DNA of 64,000 nucleotides from an uncultured Gemmatimonadales bacterium (GCA_963716255.1 OY970303.1:6048001-6112000); one strand, 5' to 3'. Numbered from the stretch's first letter, positions 20,030 to 31,268 are shown. Numbers and translations: made by a program. The notes: generated from the letters alone by a model not told the origin.

Positions 20030-20947
20030 GCCAGCACCTTGCGCGGCTGGACCCGGTCGCCGGTCCGCTCCCCGATGGCCAGGAGCGTCCCGTCGGCGGC
20101 GACCAGGGCCAGCGGGACGCCCGACGGGGCGTCGCCGGGAGCGGGGAGGGCGCGCCCGTGCCCCAGCGCCACGGCGCCCGCCCCGTCCACCTCCACACGC
20201 GGCAGGTGCGCCACCGCCCCCGCGGGCGACAGCGCGGCCGCCGCCACGCGCTCCGCGTCGCCGAGCGCGTCCAGCGGCACGGCGGCGTCCACGGAGTGCG
20301 CGCCCATGCGGGTGCGGCGCAGCTCCGCCAGGTGCCCGCCCACGCCCAGAGCCTCGCCCGCGTCGCGCGCGATGGCGCGGATGTAGGTGCCGCTCCCGCA
20401 CTCCACCTCGAACTCCACCTCCGGCAGGCGCACCTCCACCACCTCGATGCGGTGGATGGTCACGCGCGAGGGCTTCCGCTCCACCTCCTCGCCGCGGCGC
20501 GCGGCCGCGTACATCCGCTCGCCGCCCACCTTCTTGGCCGAGAACCGGGGGGAGCTGCTCGATCTCCCCCACCTGGCGCTCCAGCGCGGCGCGCACCTGC
20601 GTCTCCGCCAGCCCCCGCCAGCCGTCGCCGGCGGCGACCACCTGGCCGGTGCGGTCGTCGGTGTCGGTGGCCTCGCCCAGGCGCATCACGGCGCGGTAGG
20701 TCTTGGGGAGCGGGGTCAGGTACTCGGCGAGGCGCGTCGCCGGCCCGAAGCAGACCAGCAGCAGCCCGGAGGCGAAGGGGTCCAGCGTCCCCGTGTGCCC
20801 CACCTGGCGGGTGCCCAGGGCACGGCGCACCGCGGCCACCGCGTCGTGCGAGGTGGGGCCCACCGGCTTGTCCACGGGGAGGACGCCGCCGCGGGCAGCC
20901 AGCTCCGCGATCCCGGGGGGCGCGGCGGGAGCGGAAGGCCGGTTCAC
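20026..20947 (-). CDS. truB: tRNA pseudouridine(55) synthase, frameshifted at the G6 run 20547-20552
   Basis: DKPVGPTSHD, GHTGTLDPFASG, TDTDD in one frame; SAKKVGG…CGSGTYIRA in another. Confidence 0.9.
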
Positions 20948-21357
20948 CCGTTCTCCCGCTCGCCTTCGCCGGTGCCGGTCTCCGCCCCTGCCTCCACGTC
21001 CGTCTTCGCCTCCGGCGGAAGCACCTCGCGCAGGAGCGACTCGATCCGGCTCGCCTCCGCCAGGACACGGTCGTACTGGAAGTGGAGCTCCGGCACCCGC
21101 CGCATGTGGAGCTGCTTGCTGAGCTGCGTGCGGATGAAGGGCGAGGCGCTGCGCAGACCCTGGAGCGCGGCCTCCTTCTCGGCGTCGTCGCCCATGACGG
21201 ACACGTACACCTTGGCGTGGTCCAGCTCCGGCGAGGTCTCCACGGCGGTGATGGTCACCAGCCCCACGCGGGGGTCGCGGACCGCGTCGCGAACCAGGAT
21301 GGAGATTTCCTGGCGGAGCTGCTCGTTGATGCGGTCGGTACGTTGAAAGCGCGCCAT
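20944..21357 (-). CDS. rbfA: Ribosome-binding factor A
   Basis: RDPRVGLVTIT, DHAKVYVS, RRVPELHFQYD; position between infB and truB. Confidence 0.95.
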   Translation of the reverse strand: MARFQRTDRINEQLRQEISILVRDAVRDPRVGLVTITAVETSPELDHAKVYVSVMGDDAEKEAALQGLRSASPFIRTQLSKQLHMRRVPELHFQYDRVLAEASRIESLLREVLPPEAKTDVEAGAETGTGEGERENG

Positions 21358-21370
21358 AAGCCCCCAATGT

Positions 21371-21451
21371 GAACAGGGAACAGGTCAGGGGAACCGCAGG
21401 CAACAACCATGCTGCCGCAGGCTGTTCCCTGTTCCCTATTCCCTGTTCCCT
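21371..21451. repeat. Heptamer tandem repeats (GGGAACA / TGTTCCC) in inverted arrangement
   Basis: GAACAGGGAACAGG…CTGTTCCCTGTTCCCTATTCCCTGTTCCCT. Confidence 0.6.
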
Positions 21452-21731
21452 AGTAGAACGTCGTGTAGGAGTCGACGATGCGTGCTTCCGGCTCCTCTTC
21501 CACCATCCGGTCGACCGAGGCGAGGACCGACTGCGCGTGGCGCCGGTCGCCCGACACCAGGCAGGCGGCCAGCTCGGCGCGCTGGTGCGCGTCCTGGTGC
21601 CCCGTTTCCGCCACGGAAACGTTGAAGCGGTTGTGGAGCCGGTCCTTGAGGCTCAGCACCACCCGCCGCTTCTCCTTCAGCGAGGCGCAGCCGGGAAGGT
21701 GAAGCTCCCAGACCACCAGGCCGACGACCAT
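21450..21731 (-). CDS. DUF503 (YlxP-like) protein
   Basis: SLKEKRRVV…RFNVSVAETG.QD; conserved position in the infB operon. Confidence 0.9.
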   Translation of the reverse strand: MVVGLVVWELHLPGCASLKEKRRVVLSLKDRLHNRFNVSVAETGHQDAHQRAELAACLVSGDRRHAQSVLASVDRMVEEEPEARIVDSYTTFY

Positions 21732-21759
21732 CTCCCCCCCGTCCTTATCAGATCACACG

Positions 21760-21802
21760 AAAACGGGAGCGCGGCGCGGCACCGTGCCGCACCGCGCTCC
21801 CC
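21760..21802 (-). terminator. Intrinsic terminator-like hairpin after infB
   Basis: GGGAGCGCGG…CCGCGCTCCC followed by GTTTT on the minus strand. Confidence 0.6.
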
Positions 21803-21811
21803 CTCCGACGG

Positions 21812-24739
21812 TCAGCGATCCTCGTTCGTGCTGGCCAGCGTGCGCGCGACCTCCTCCACGCGGTAGCACTCGATGATGTCGCCGATCTTGATGTCGTTGA
21901 AGTTGTTGACGTTCAGGCCGCACTCGAAGCCCTCGCGGACCTCCTTGGCGTCGTCCTTGAAGCGCTTCAGGCTCCCCAGCTCGCCCTCGTACACCTGCAC
22001 CGCGTCGCGGATCACGCGGATCCGGCCGCGCCGCTGGAGCTCGCCGTGGGTGACCATGCAGCCGGCCACCGTCCCCACGCGCGGGACCTTGAAGAGCTGG
22101 CGGACCTCGGCGGTGCCCAGGAGGACCTCCTTCTCCTCGGGGGAAAGCATCCCCTCCATCGCCGCCCGCACCTCTTCGACCGCCTCGTAGATGATGTTGT
22201 ACATCCGGATGTCCACGTCCTCGCGCTCCGCGACGCTCCGCGCCTCGCCCGTGGGGCGGACGTGGAAGCCGATCACGATGGCGCCCGACGTGGAGGCCAG
22301 GAGCACGTCCGACTCGTTGATGGCGCCCACGCCGCGGTGGATCACCTGCACCCCCACCTCGGAGGTGGCGAGCTGCTCCAGCGAGTCCGACAGCGCCTGC
22401 ACCGAGCCGTCCACGTCGCCCTTGATGACGAGGTTGATCTGCGTGGCCTCGCCCTTCGCCAGCATCTTGGACAGGTCGGTGAGCTTCACCCCGCGGCTGC
22501 GGATGCGGATCCGCTTCTCGCGCTCCAGCCGCTGACGCGTCTGAGCGATCTCCGCGGCCCGCTCGGCATCCATGGACACCAGCTGATCGCCGGCGCCGGG
22601 GACGCCCGGGAGGCCCAGGATCTGGACCGGGATCGCCGGGCCGGCCTCGGGCACCGGGCGGCCGCGCTCGTCGAGCATGGCGCGGACGCGGCCGTGGTAC
22701 AGGCCGCAGACCACGTGGTCGCCCACACGCAGGGTGCCGTTGGTCACCAGCACCGTGGCGACCGGCCCCTTGCCCACGTCGAGCTGAGCCTCGATTACCG
22801 TCCCCACCGCCTCGCGGTCCGGGTTGGCCTTGAGCTCCAGCACCTCGGCCTGGAGGAGCACCTTGTCCAGCAGGTCGTCCATCCCCATGCCGCGCTTGGC
22901 AGACACCTCGGCCGACATCACGTCGCCGCCGAAGTCCTCCAGGACCACCCCGTGCTGCAGGAGGTCCTGCTTGACCTTCATGGGGTTGGCGTCCGGCAGG
23001 TCCACCTTGTTGACCGCCACGATGAGCGGCACGCCGGCGTTGCGGGCGTGGCTGATCGCCTCGATCGTCTGGGGCATCACCGAGTCGTCGGCGGCCACCA
23101 CCAGGATGACCACGTCGGTGACCTCGGCGCCGCGGGCGCGCATCGCGGTGAACGCGGCGTGGCCCGGGGTGTCCAGGAACGAGATGGAGCGCCCGTCCTG
23201 CAGCTCCACGTGGTACGCGCCGATGTGCTGGGTGATGCCGCCGGCCTCGCCCGCGATGACGTTGGTCTTGCGGATGTAGTCCAGGAGCGACGTCTTCCCG
23301 TGGTCGACGTGGCCCATGACGGTGACCACCGGCGGCCGGCCCCGCAGGTCCTCGGGGGCGTCCTCGAAGACCATCTCCTCCATCTCCGCGCCGTACTCCT
23401 CCTCGCGGACGGCCTTGAAGCCGAACTCGTCCAGCAGCAGCTCGATCTGGTCGAAGTCGAGCCGCTGGTTGATGGTGACCATCAGCCCGAGGTTCTTGAA
23501 CGCCGACGAGATCAGCTGCGTGGCCGACACGTCGATCAGCTCGGACAGCTCCGCCACCGTCAGGAACTCGTTGACGCGGACGATCGTGGCCTCTTCATCA
23601 CGGCGCCGCTGCAGCTCCTCCTCGCGGCGCTCGTGCATGGAGGGGCCGGCGTCGCGGGAGCCGCGGCGCTTCTTGCGGCCGCCGGACTCCATCGCCGCCA
23701 TGGTCTTCTTGAAGTTGTCGTCGACCGCCTCCTGGTCGACCCACCCCTTCTTCTTCTTCTTGTCCTTCTTCTTCTTGCTCGCGTCGCTCCCCGCGGCCGG
23801 GGCTCCCCCGGCGCGGGCGGGAGCCGGCGGTGCGCCCTTGCGGACCGGCGTGGGGGCAAAGCCCTCACGCGCCGGGCGGGGCCCGTCGGGACGGCGCTCG
23901 CCGCCGGGACCGGCACCGGCGGGACGCGCCGAATCGGGCCGGGCGCCCTGCGGACGCGCCGGCATGGGCCCGCGGCCCTCTCCCGGGCGTCCCTCGCCCG
24001 GACGCGCCGGACGCGGACCCGGAGGTCCGGCGGGGCGCACCGAGGGCGGCATGGAGGTGCGGTAGGCCGGCGTCGGCCCGCGGTTCTCGGGAGGCGCGGG
24101 GGCGGCCGCTGCCGGGCGCTCGGCGGCCGGCGGGGTCTCGGCGCGCGGGGGCTCCGGGCGGACGGGCTCCGGCCGGACCGGCTCGGGGCGCGCGGACTCG
24201 GGGCGTGCGGGCTCGGCCGGCGCCGCCTCGGCCACCGGGGCCGGGGTGGGCTGCGGCTCGGGCTCGGCGGCGGGCGCGTGGTCCGCCGCGGCCTCCACGA
24301 CGACGGTGACGTCGCGCGGCGGCTCGCCGCCGTCGGTCACCAGGCGGGCGCCGCGGTCGGCGGCGTCCATGGCGGCCTCGGCGGCGATGGCGTCTGCGGC
24401 GTCCGCCATGGGCGACGCGCTGGAATCGGCCTCCGCCACGGGGGCGGCGGCCGGCTGCACGTCGTCCTGGGTGTCCTCGGCGCCCTCCGGCAGGTCCTCG
24501 CGGCGGCGGCGGCGCCGCCGGGGGCCGGCGGCGGCTTCACCGATGACGGCCTCGATGGCCTCCTCGGAGGAGTGGTGCCCGTGGCGCCGCTCGCGCTCCA
24601 GGCGGGCGCGCAGGCGCGCGACGTGCTCGTCGCCGAGCGGCGTCATGTGGCTGCGCACAGGGATGTCCATCTCCCGCAGGAGGTGCACAAGCGCGTCGGA
24701 GGAGACGTTTAGCTCCTTGGCTACTTCGTACACACGCAT
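21812..24739 (-). CDS. infB: Translation initiation factor IF-2
   Basis: [11 protein letters not shown]-terminus, [25 protein letters not shown]. Confidence 0.98.
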   Translation of the reverse strand: MRVYEVAKELNVSSDALVHLLREMDIPVRSHMTPLGDEHVARLRARLERERRHGHHSSEEAIEAVIGEAAAGPRRRRRRREDLPEGAEDTQDDVQPAAAPVAEADSSASPMADAADAIAAEAAMDAADRGARLVTDGGEPPRDVTVVVEAAADHAPAAEPEPQPTPAPVAEAAPAEPARPESARPEPVRPEPVRPEPPRAETPPAAERPAAAAPAPPENRGPTPAYRTSMPPSVRPAGPPGPRPARPGEGRPGEGRGPMPARPQGARPDSARPAGAGPGGERRPDGPRPAREGFAPTPVRKGAPPAPARAGGAPAAGSDASKKKKDKKKKKGWVDQEAVDDNFKKTMAAMESGGRKKRRGSRDAGPSMHERREEELQRRRDEEATIVRVNEFLTVAELSELIDVSATQLISSAFKNLGLMVTINQRLDFDQIELLLDEFGFKAVREEEYGAEMEEMVFEDAPEDLRGRPPVVTVMGHVDHGKTSLLDYIRKTNVIAGEAGGITQHIGAYHVELQDGRSISFLDTPGHAAFTAMRARGAEVTDVVILVVAADDSVMPQTIEAISHARNAGVPLIVAVNKVDLPDANPMKVKQDLLQHGVVLEDFGGDVMSAEVSAKRGMGMDDLLDKVLLQAEVLELKANPDREAVGTVIEAQLDVGKGPVATVLVTNGTLRVGDHVVCGLYHGRVRAMLDERGRPVPEAGPAIPVQILGLPGVPGAGDQLVSMDAERAAEIAQTRQRLEREKRIRIRSRGVKLTDLSKMLAKGEATQINLVIKGDVDGSVQALSDSLEQLATSEVGVQVIHRGVGAINESDVLLASTSGAIVIGFHVRPTGEARSVAEREDVDIRMYNIIYEAVEEVRAAMEGMLSPEEKEVLLGTAEVRQLFKVPRVGTVAGCMVTHGELQRRGRIRVIRDAVQVYEGELGSLKRFKDDAKEVREGFECGLNVNNFNDIKIGDIIECYRVEEVARTLASTNEDR

Positions 24740-24762
24740 ATGGTCCAGCTTCCTCCTGGCTC

Positions 24763-25134
24763 TTATTCCTGCGGGGACGTGATTGCGGCCGCCAGTTCGG
24801 CGGCGCGCCCGGCGAAGCCTCGGTCGGTGAGGCCGACGGCGGAGACGACCCCCTTTCCGAGGGCCGCGCCCAGCCGCTCCTGGTCGAGGAGGATCCCGAA
24901 GGGGACCCCCCGCGCCTCCAGGAGCGGGACCAGCTTCTGCTGCTGCGTGGGAGAAGCGTCCGCGGCGAGAACGACGTGGACGACCTCCCCGTCGCGAATA
25001 CCCCGCCGGACGGTGTCGGTGCCCGTGAGCACGGCACCGGCGCGGGCCGCGAGACCCAGGAGGGAAAGAAGCGCCTCCTCCGGGGACCTTGCCGCCCGAC
25101 CGGGCGCGCCCGCCTTCCGGCTGGCGGGGGTCAT
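24763..25134 (-). CDS. L7Ae/L30e family RNA-binding protein (YlxQ-like)
   Basis: LLGLAARAG…LAADAS…LGAALGK; between nusA and infB. Confidence 0.85.
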   Translation of the reverse strand: MTPASRKAGAPGRAARSPEEALLSLLGLAARAGAVLTGTDTVRRGIRDGEVVHVVLAADASPTQQQKLVPLLEARGVPFGILLDQERLGAALGKGVVSAVGLTDRGFAGRAAELAAAITSPQE

Positions 25135-26483
25135 CCCTCCGCCGGGGACTCCTCGGCGTCCTCGGACACCGCGGCTTCCTCTCCGGCGCCGTCCTCGTCC
25201 TCCACCGTCAGCTCCTCGATCAGCGCGAGGATGCGGTCGGCTTCCGTGGGCGAGATGCCTGGGATGCGGAGCAGGTCTTCCCGCTCCAGATCGATCACGT
25301 CAAAAAACGTAGTATATCCCGCCGCTTCGAGCGCCGCCAGGGTAGCCGGAGCCAGCTCCAGCTCCCGGAGCGGGAAGTCGGTGGACTCGTACTCGCCGCC
25401 CCCGCCGCCGAAGAGCGCCAGGTCGGCGCCGCGCTCCAGCCATTCCCGCGAGCCGTACAGGTCGATCTGCCAGCCGATGAGCTGCGAGGCCAGGCGCACG
25501 TTCTGCCCGTTGCGGCCGATGGCAAGCGACAGCTGGTCCTCGTCCACGATGGCGGTCATCACGCGGCGCTCGTAGTCGGAAACCACCTTGGCGACCCGCG
25601 CGGGGGCCAGCGAGCGCTTGGCGAACACCTCGGGGTCCGGGTGCCAGGGGACGATGTCGATGCGCTCGCCGCCCAGTTCCTGAACCACGGCGCGGACGCG
25701 GGACCCCTTGAGCCCCACGCAGGCACCCACCGGGTCGATGGACTCGTCGCGGGAGGAAACGGCCAGCTTGGTGCGCCCGCCCACCTCGCGGGCGACGCCG
25801 CGGATCTCCACGATCCCCTGCGGGATCTCGGGCACCTCCAGCTTGAAGAGCGCCGCGACGAAGAGCGGGTCGGCGCGGGAGAAGATGAGGCGCGGCCCCT
25901 TGGGCGTCTCCTCGACCTTCTTGAGCACCGCGCGGATCGCCTCGCCCTGGCGGAAGCGCTCGCGCGGGTTCTGCTCCTTCCACGGGATGATGGCGTCGGC
26001 CTCGCGGGAGCGGTTCAGCAGGATCACCAGCTTGCCGCGCTCCACCTGCTGCACCTCGCCGGAAAGCAGCTCGCCGACGCGGTCCTCGTACTCGTCGCGG
26101 ATCTTCTGCCTCTCGCCCTCGCGGACGCGCTGCAGGATGCGCTGCTTGGCGGCCATCACGGCGTTGCGCCCGAACTGCTCGAACTCGACGGGCACCTCCT
26201 GGATGTCGCCGACCTCGAACTCGGGGTCGTCCCAGCGCGCCTCTTCCAGCGACACCTCGCGGGAGGAGTCTTCCACCTCGGCGACGACCTCCTTGAGGAC
26301 GACGATGTCGATGCGGCCGCTCGCCTCGTCGATGGTGATCTCGGCCTCCACGTTGGGGCCGTAGCGCTTGGCGAGGGCGGCGAGGATGCCGTCCTTGATC
26401 AGGTCGTGGAGCTCGTCGCGCGAGATCGACTTGTTCGCCGTCATCTCGCGGAAGGCAGCGATAATCTGGGTCGCGTTGTTCAT
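25131..26483 (-). CDS. nusA: Transcription termination/antitermination factor NusA
   Basis: FGRNAVMAAKQ, EVPEI, DPVGACVG, AIGRNGQNVRLA. Confidence 0.97.
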   Translation of the reverse strand: MNNATQIIAAFREMTANKSISRDELHDLIKDGILAALAKRYGPNVEAEITIDEASGRIDIVVLKEVVAEVEDSSREVSLEEARWDDPEFEVGDIQEVPVEFEQFGRNAVMAAKQRILQRVREGERQKIRDEYEDRVGELLSGEVQQVERGKLVILLNRSREADAIIPWKEQNPRERFRQGEAIRAVLKKVEETPKGPRLIFSRADPLFVAALFKLEVPEIPQGIVEIRGVAREVGGRTKLAVSSRDESIDPVGACVGLKGSRVRAVVQELGGERIDIVPWHPDPEVFAKRSLAPARVAKVVSDYERRVMTAIVDEDQLSLAIGRNGQNVRLASQLIGWQIDLYGSREWLERGADLALFGGGGGEYESTDFPLRELELAPATLAALEAAGYTTFFDVIDLEREDLLRIPGISPTEADRILALIEELTVEDEDGAGEEAAVSEDAEESPAEG

Positions 26484-26541
26484 TGCCGCATTCTTGCCGG
26501 TGATGTCCAGTGAATCCCGCAGGGCCGCCCGGGGCGGCCCG

Positions 26542-27027
26542 TCACCAACGAAAGACCAGGTTCGCGCCGGAAACTTCCGCCAGCGCGACCTCCACCTCCT
26601 CGCCGTCCGGCAGCCGCAGCCGGACCCGCTCCTCGCCCTCGGCGCCGGAGATCCCCAGGAGGACCGCTTCCAGCCTGCGCCCCTTTCCGGCGAGCGGCTC
26701 CCTGCCCTTGACGCGCACCTCGGAGCCGGCGAAGCGCTCCCAGTCGCGGCGGCGGACCAGCGGCCGCTCCACGCCGGGGGAGGAGACCTCCAGGACGTAG
26801 CGGTCGGACAGGTCCTCGCGCTCGTCCAGGAACGGCTCCAGCGCGCGGCTCACCCGGGCGCAGTCGTCCAGGGAGACGCCGGGCTCCCCGGGGCGCGAGT
26901 CGGGGCGGTCGACGTAGGCGCGGAGGATGGGCCGCGCCCTGCTCCCCACGCGCTCCAGTTCCACCAGCTCGAAGCCGAGCTCCTCGATGCGCCGCTCGAT
27001 CTCCCGCGTCAGGGCGTCCTCGACCAC
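26542..27027 (-). CDS. rimP: Ribosome maturation factor RimP
   Basis: VSLDDCARVS, YVLEVSSPGVERPL; start approximate. Confidence 0.93.
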   Translation of the reverse strand: MVEDALTREIERRIEELGFELVELERVGSRARPILRAYVDRPDSRPGEPGVSLDDCARVSRALEPFLDEREDLSDRYVLEVSSPGVERPLVRRRDWERFAGSEVRVKGREPLAGKGRRLEAVLLGISGAEGEERVRLRLPDGEEVEVALAEVSGANLVFRW

Positions 27028-27051
27028 GCGCGCCTTCCGTCCCCGGTGCAT

Positions 27052-27088
27052 AGAAAACAAAAAAGTGGGGCGGCAGCACCCCACTTGC
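27052..27088 (-). promoter_or_regulatory. rimP leader attenuator hairpin
   Basis: AAGTGGGG-loop-CCCCACTT followed by TTTTGTTTT directly upstream of rimP, matching the known rimP-leader arrangement. Confidence 0.7.
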
Positions 27089-27392
27089 TACGGCGATCCA
27101 CCCAGGGGGCGCCCGCCCAACCCGCATTCATGCAAGTATAGCTGCTGCGCCGCCGAACTGCAACCCCGGCGGGGCGCTGGGGGCCCCGCCGCGCCCCGCC
27201 GGCCGCCGCCGCCGCGGCATGCCCCGTGCATCACGCCCGGCGGGCTCGCGGGGGACGACGGAGGACGACTCGGCTTGCGTGCGTAGACGTGTGGAAATAC
27301 TTTAATCGGCTTCGTAGACCCCTGTTTTCACACGGCTTAACGCCCTGCCGGCGCCCGACGCGGAACGCCAGCAGCTTCTTTGCGAGAGAGTG

Positions 27393-28430
27393 ATGGCCTT
27401 CCGCTGGCTCAAGACGGGGAGCTTCATACCGGTCAACGACATCGCCGTCGACCTGGGGACCGCGAATACGCTCGTTTACGTGAAGGGCGAGGGAATCGTC
27501 CTCAACGAGCCGTCCGTGGTCGCGATGGAGAAGGCGACCAACAAGATCAAGGGGATCGGCCTGGAAGCGAAGCGGATGCTCGGCCGGACCCCCGAGGGGG
27601 TGACGGCCATCCGCCCGCTCAAGGACGGGGTGATCGCCGACGTGGACGTGACGGAGGTGATGCTCCGCTACTTCCTGACCACGGTGACTTCCAAGCGGTT
27701 CCTGAAGCTCAAGCCCACCATGGTGGTGGGCGTCCCGTCGGGGATCACGGAGCTGGAGCGGCGCGCGGTGCGCTCCAGCGCCCACGCGGCGGGGGCCAAG
27801 GAGGTGTACATGGTCGCCGAGCCCATGGCCGCGGCGATCGGGGTGGGGCTCCCGGTGGAGACGCCCACCGGCAACATGGTGATCGACATCGGCGGGGGGA
27901 CCACGGAGATCGCGGTGATCGCGCTCTCGGGGATCGTCTGCGACACGTCGATCCGGGTGGGGGGCGACGAGATCGACAACGCCATCGTCACCTTTCTGCG
28001 CAAGAACTACAACCTGATGATCGGCGAGGCCACCGCCGAGGCGGTGAAGATCCAGATCGGCTCCGCGTTCAGCACCGGCGAGGAGCGCGAGATGGACGTC
28101 AAGGGGCGCGACCTGGTGTCGGGGATCCCCAAGACGGTGCGGGTGCACTCGCAGGAGATCCGGGAGTGCATCCAGGAGCCGATCCAGGCGATCGTGGAAG
28201 CGGTGCGGCGGGCGCTGGAGATCACGCCGCCGGAGCTGGCCTCGGACATCGTGGACCGGGGGATCGTGATGACGGGCGGGGGGGCGCTGATCCGCGGGCT
28301 CGACGTGCTGATCGCGCGGGAGACTAACCTCCCCATCCACGTGGACGAGGAGCCGCTGACGTGCGTGGTGCGCGGGGCGGGACGGATCCTCGACGACATC
28401 GAAAAGTATCGCGGAGTGTTGACCACCTGA
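27393..28430 (+). CDS. mreB: Rod shape-determining protein MreB
   Basis: DLGTANT, EPSVVA, EPMAAAIG, DIGGGTTE, TGGGALI. Confidence 0.97.
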   Translation: MAFRWLKTGSFIPVNDIAVDLGTANTLVYVKGEGIVLNEPSVVAMEKATNKIKGIGLEAKRMLGRTPEGVTAIRPLKDGVIADVDVTEVMLRYFLTTVTSKRFLKLKPTMVVGVPSGITELERRAVRSSAHAAGAKEVYMVAEPMAAAIGVGLPVETPTGNMVIDIGGGTTEIAVIALSGIVCDTSIRVGGDEIDNAIVTFLRKNYNLMIGEATAEAVKIQIGSAFSTGEEREMDVKGRDLVSGIPKTVRVHSQEIRECIQEPIQAIVEAVRRALEITPPELASDIVDRGIVMTGGGALIRGLDVLIARETNLPIHVDEEPLTCVVRGAGRILDDIEKYRGVLTT

Positions 28431-29518
28431 GCACGTTCAGGCCGTACCTCAGTGGAGGCGGGGAGCGCGGACGGAAGCGGGATCTGGGGCTCGCCGGGTT
28501 CTTCACGCTCCTGGCGCTCTTCTTCATCTTCCTCCCCCCGCGCTACCGCGAGGGGTTCGCGGGCGCGATCCGGGGGACCGTGCTGTACCCGTTCATCGCC
28601 ATGCAGCGCGGCGCGGTGGACCGCGAGGGGCGCTTCGCCGACGCGGGCGCGGTGCGCGCGGAGCGGGACAGCCTGGCGGCCTTCCTGGTGGGGCAGGCGA
28701 ACCTGGCGGCGGAGAACCGGCGCCTGCGTGCCCTTCTGGGGATGCGGGAGCGCCTTCCCAACTCCTTCGTGGCGGCGGAGGTGATGCCGTTCGAGGGCGC
28801 CGCCGCGCCGGGCACCTTTTTGATCGCGGTGGGGACGGCGGAGGGCGTGCAGCCCGGATCGGCGATCGTCACGGCGCAGGGGCTGGTGGGGATGGTCAAG
28901 GAGGTGCACCGCGGCTACTCGGTGGCCTTCAACTGGACCAACCCGGACTTCCGCGCCAGCGCGGTGTCGGAGGACGGGGAAACCTACGGGATCCTGGAGC
29001 CGCGCGAGGGGCGGGGCGGCGAGCAGCTGCTGGCGCTGACCTCCACCGCGCTCCACACGGTGCCCAAGCTGGGGAGCACGATCGTGACCTCGGGGAGCGG
29101 CGCGACCTACCCGCGCGGCATTCCCATCGGCACGGTGGCGGACACGGCGAGCGAGTCCAGCGGCTGGCAGCGCATCTACCTGATCCGGCCCTTCGTGTCG
29201 CCGGCGGAGATGACGCACGTGCTGGTCCTGGGCGCGCCAAAGGCGGGTGCGACCGACCGCGACCTGGCGGCGGCGTGGGGGATTCGCCTGCGCGAGGGCC
29301 CGGCTCCCGATTCGGCCATGCTCCCGGCGGCCCCCGCCGCCACGGCCGCGGCGCCGATGCCCGCGGCGCGCCGGCCCGCGCCGCGCCCGAGCGGGCCGCG
29401 GCTCCTGGGCAGGGAGGTGCAGGCGAGCCCGCAGACCACGGCGCCGGCACCGGGCGTGGCGGGAGCGCCCGCGCAGCCGCAGACGCCCCCCGACACCTCG
29501 AGGAACCGGAACCGATGA
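28427..29518 (+). CDS. mreC: Rod shape-determining protein MreC with Pro/Ala-rich tail
   Basis: TM helix, AENRRLRALL coiled coil, GLVG, VTSG…YPRGIPIG; start uncertain (possible CTG overlapping the mreB stop). Confidence 0.88.
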   Translation: MSTFRPYLSGGGERGRKRDLGLAGFFTLLALFFIFLPPRYREGFAGAIRGTVLYPFIAMQRGAVDREGRFADAGAVRAERDSLAAFLVGQANLAAENRRLRALLGMRERLPNSFVAAEVMPFEGAAAPGTFLIAVGTAEGVQPGSAIVTAQGLVGMVKEVHRGYSVAFNWTNPDFRASAVSEDGETYGILEPREGRGGEQLLALTSTALHTVPKLGSTIVTSGSGATYPRGIPIGTVADTASESSGWQRIYLIRPFVSPAEMTHVLVLGAPKAGATDRDLAAAWGIRLREGPAPDSAMLPAAPAATAAAPMPAARRPAPRPSGPRLLGREVQASPQTTAPAPGVAGAPAQPQTPPDTSRNRNR

Positions 29519-29988
29519 GCGGCTCGCGCTTGGCACTGACGGCGCTGGTCGTCCTCCTCGCCATCCTGTACTTCGTTCTCCGCGTGGGTCTGGGGCTGGG
29601 GCTGCTGGTCCCGGACCTGATCGTGATCGCGACCCTCCTGGCGGCGCGCCAGCTGCGTCCCGGGTGGGCCGCGGGGCTGGGGCTCCTGCTGGGAATTCTG
29701 GAGGGGGCGGTGTTCCCGCTCACCTTCGGCGCGAGCGCGCTGGCCCTGGTGCTGGTGGGCTACCTGGGGTCCCGCACGCGCGACGTGTTCTCGGGCGGCG
29801 GGCTGATCTTCCTCGCCTTCTACCTGTTCGTGGGGAAGTGGCTGTACGACATCCTGCTGTACCTGATCCTGCTGGCGGACGCGACGCCGGGGCCGCCTTC
29901 GGCGCTCCTGCTGATCTCGCCGCTGGCGGCTCTCTACGCCGCGGCCGCGGGGCTCGTGGCGTACTCGGCGTACCGTACGCTCTCCTGA
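29515..29988 (+). CDS. mreD: Rod shape-determining protein MreD
   Basis: Multi-TM protein with PDL and GLLLGILE motifs directly after mreC. Confidence 0.8.
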   Translation: MSGSRLALTALVVLLAILYFVLRVGLGLGLLVPDLIVIATLLAARQLRPGWAAGLGLLLGILEGAVFPLTFGASALALVLVGYLGSRTRDVFSGGGLIFLAFYLFVGKWLYDILLYLILLADATPGPPSALLLISPLAALYAAAAGLVAYSAYRTLS

Positions 29989-29996
29989 AGTCCTGA

Positions 29997-31238
29997 ATGG
30001 CAATCAAGCGCGTACGCGCCCTGCAGCTGGGCGACCCGTTCCTTTTCTTCCTGGTGCTGGGGCTTTCCCTGTTCGGGGTGGCCATGGTGTACAGCGCCGG
30101 GGTGCTGGACGTCCCCTCGCAGGTGGTGACGGGGATCTGGAAGCAGCAGCTCACCTGGTTCGCGCTGAGCATGCTGGCGATCCCCTTCGTCCTGCGGGTG
30201 CCGGTGACCTGGCTGGAGTGGGCGGCGCAGCCCATCTACGCCTTCGCCCTGGTGCTGCTGCTGCTCACGCTCTTCATCGGCGGCGGGGCGGGGACGGCGG
30301 AAAGCTCGGCGAGCTGGATCCAGGTGGGTCCGGTGCGCCTGCAGACCTCGGAGATCGGCAAGGTGGCGGTGGTGCTGATGCTTTCCCGGGTACTGGGGGA
30401 GTGGCGCGAAGCGCCGCAGAACCTGTTCGCGCTCTGGAAGCCGCTGGCGGTGGTGGGCGTGCCCATGATGCTGGTCATGGCGCAGCCGGACCTGGGGACG
30501 GCGCTGGTCTTCGGCTCCATCCTGGTGTGGTGCCTGTTCTGGGCGGGGACGCCGCTCAAGACGCTCTTCCTGCTGCTGAGTCCCGCCATCGGGCTGTTCC
30601 TGTCCATCAACCCCTGGGTGTGGGGCGCCTGGATCATCCTGGTGGGGTTCCTTCTGTACCGCTGGCGGGTATACCTTGGGGAGGCGGCGACGGTGGTGCT
30701 GGTCAACATCGCGGCCGGCACGGTGTCGTGGATGCTGTGGGCGAAGCTGAAGCCCTACCAGAAGAACCGCTTCCTGGTGTTCCTGGACCCCTCGGTGGAC
30801 CCGCGCGGGGCGGGGTACAACCTGATCCAGTCGCGCGTGGCGATCGGGAGCGGCGGCTGGTTCGGCAAAGGCTTCACGGAGGGGACGCAGAAGCGCCTCG
30901 CCTTCCTCCCGGAGCAGCACACGGACTTCATCTTCTCGGTGGTGGGCGAGGAGTGGGGCTTCATCGGCGTCGCGCTGGTGCTGATCACCTTCGGGCTGAT
31001 CTTCTGGCGGCTGGTGCGCATCGCGGAGCGCTCCTCGGACCCGTTCGCCAGCCTGGTTCCTTTCGGTCTCTTCGGGAGCTGGTTCGCCCACGTGCTGGTC
31101 AACGTGGGAATGGTGGTGGGGATCATGCCCATCACCGGCATCCCGCTCCCCTTCATCAGCTACGGCGGCTCCTTCCTCCTCGTGAACGTTCTGGCCATGG
31201 CGATCGTGCAACGGATCGCGGCCGAGGCACGACGATGA
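29997..31238 (+). CDS. rodA: Rod shape-determining protein RodA (SEDS)
   Basis: QTSEIGK, QPDLGTA, GYNLIQSRVAIGSGG, PEQHTDFIF, GIPLPFISYGGS. Confidence 0.93.
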   Translation: MAIKRVRALQLGDPFLFFLVLGLSLFGVAMVYSAGVLDVPSQVVTGIWKQQLTWFALSMLAIPFVLRVPVTWLEWAAQPIYAFALVLLLLTLFIGGGAGTAESSASWIQVGPVRLQTSEIGKVAVVLMLSRVLGEWREAPQNLFALWKPLAVVGVPMMLVMAQPDLGTALVFGSILVWCLFWAGTPLKTLFLLLSPAIGLFLSINPWVWGAWIILVGFLLYRWRVYLGEAATVVLVNIAAGTVSWMLWAKLKPYQKNRFLVFLDPSVDPRGAGYNLIQSRVAIGSGGWFGKGFTEGTQKRLAFLPEQHTDFIFSVVGEEWGFIGVALVLITFGLIFWRLVRIAERSSDPFASLVPFGLFGSWFAHVLVNVGMVVGIMPITGIPLPFISYGGSFLLVNVLAMAIVQRIAAEARR

Positions 31239-31268
31239 CGCCCGCCCCCCAATCCCGGATCTCCGTCC

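Noticed and set aside
19011..20947. ribF and truB as true pseudogenes
   Set aside because: Single homopolymer-length discrepancies with otherwise intact motifs; more consistent with sequencing error
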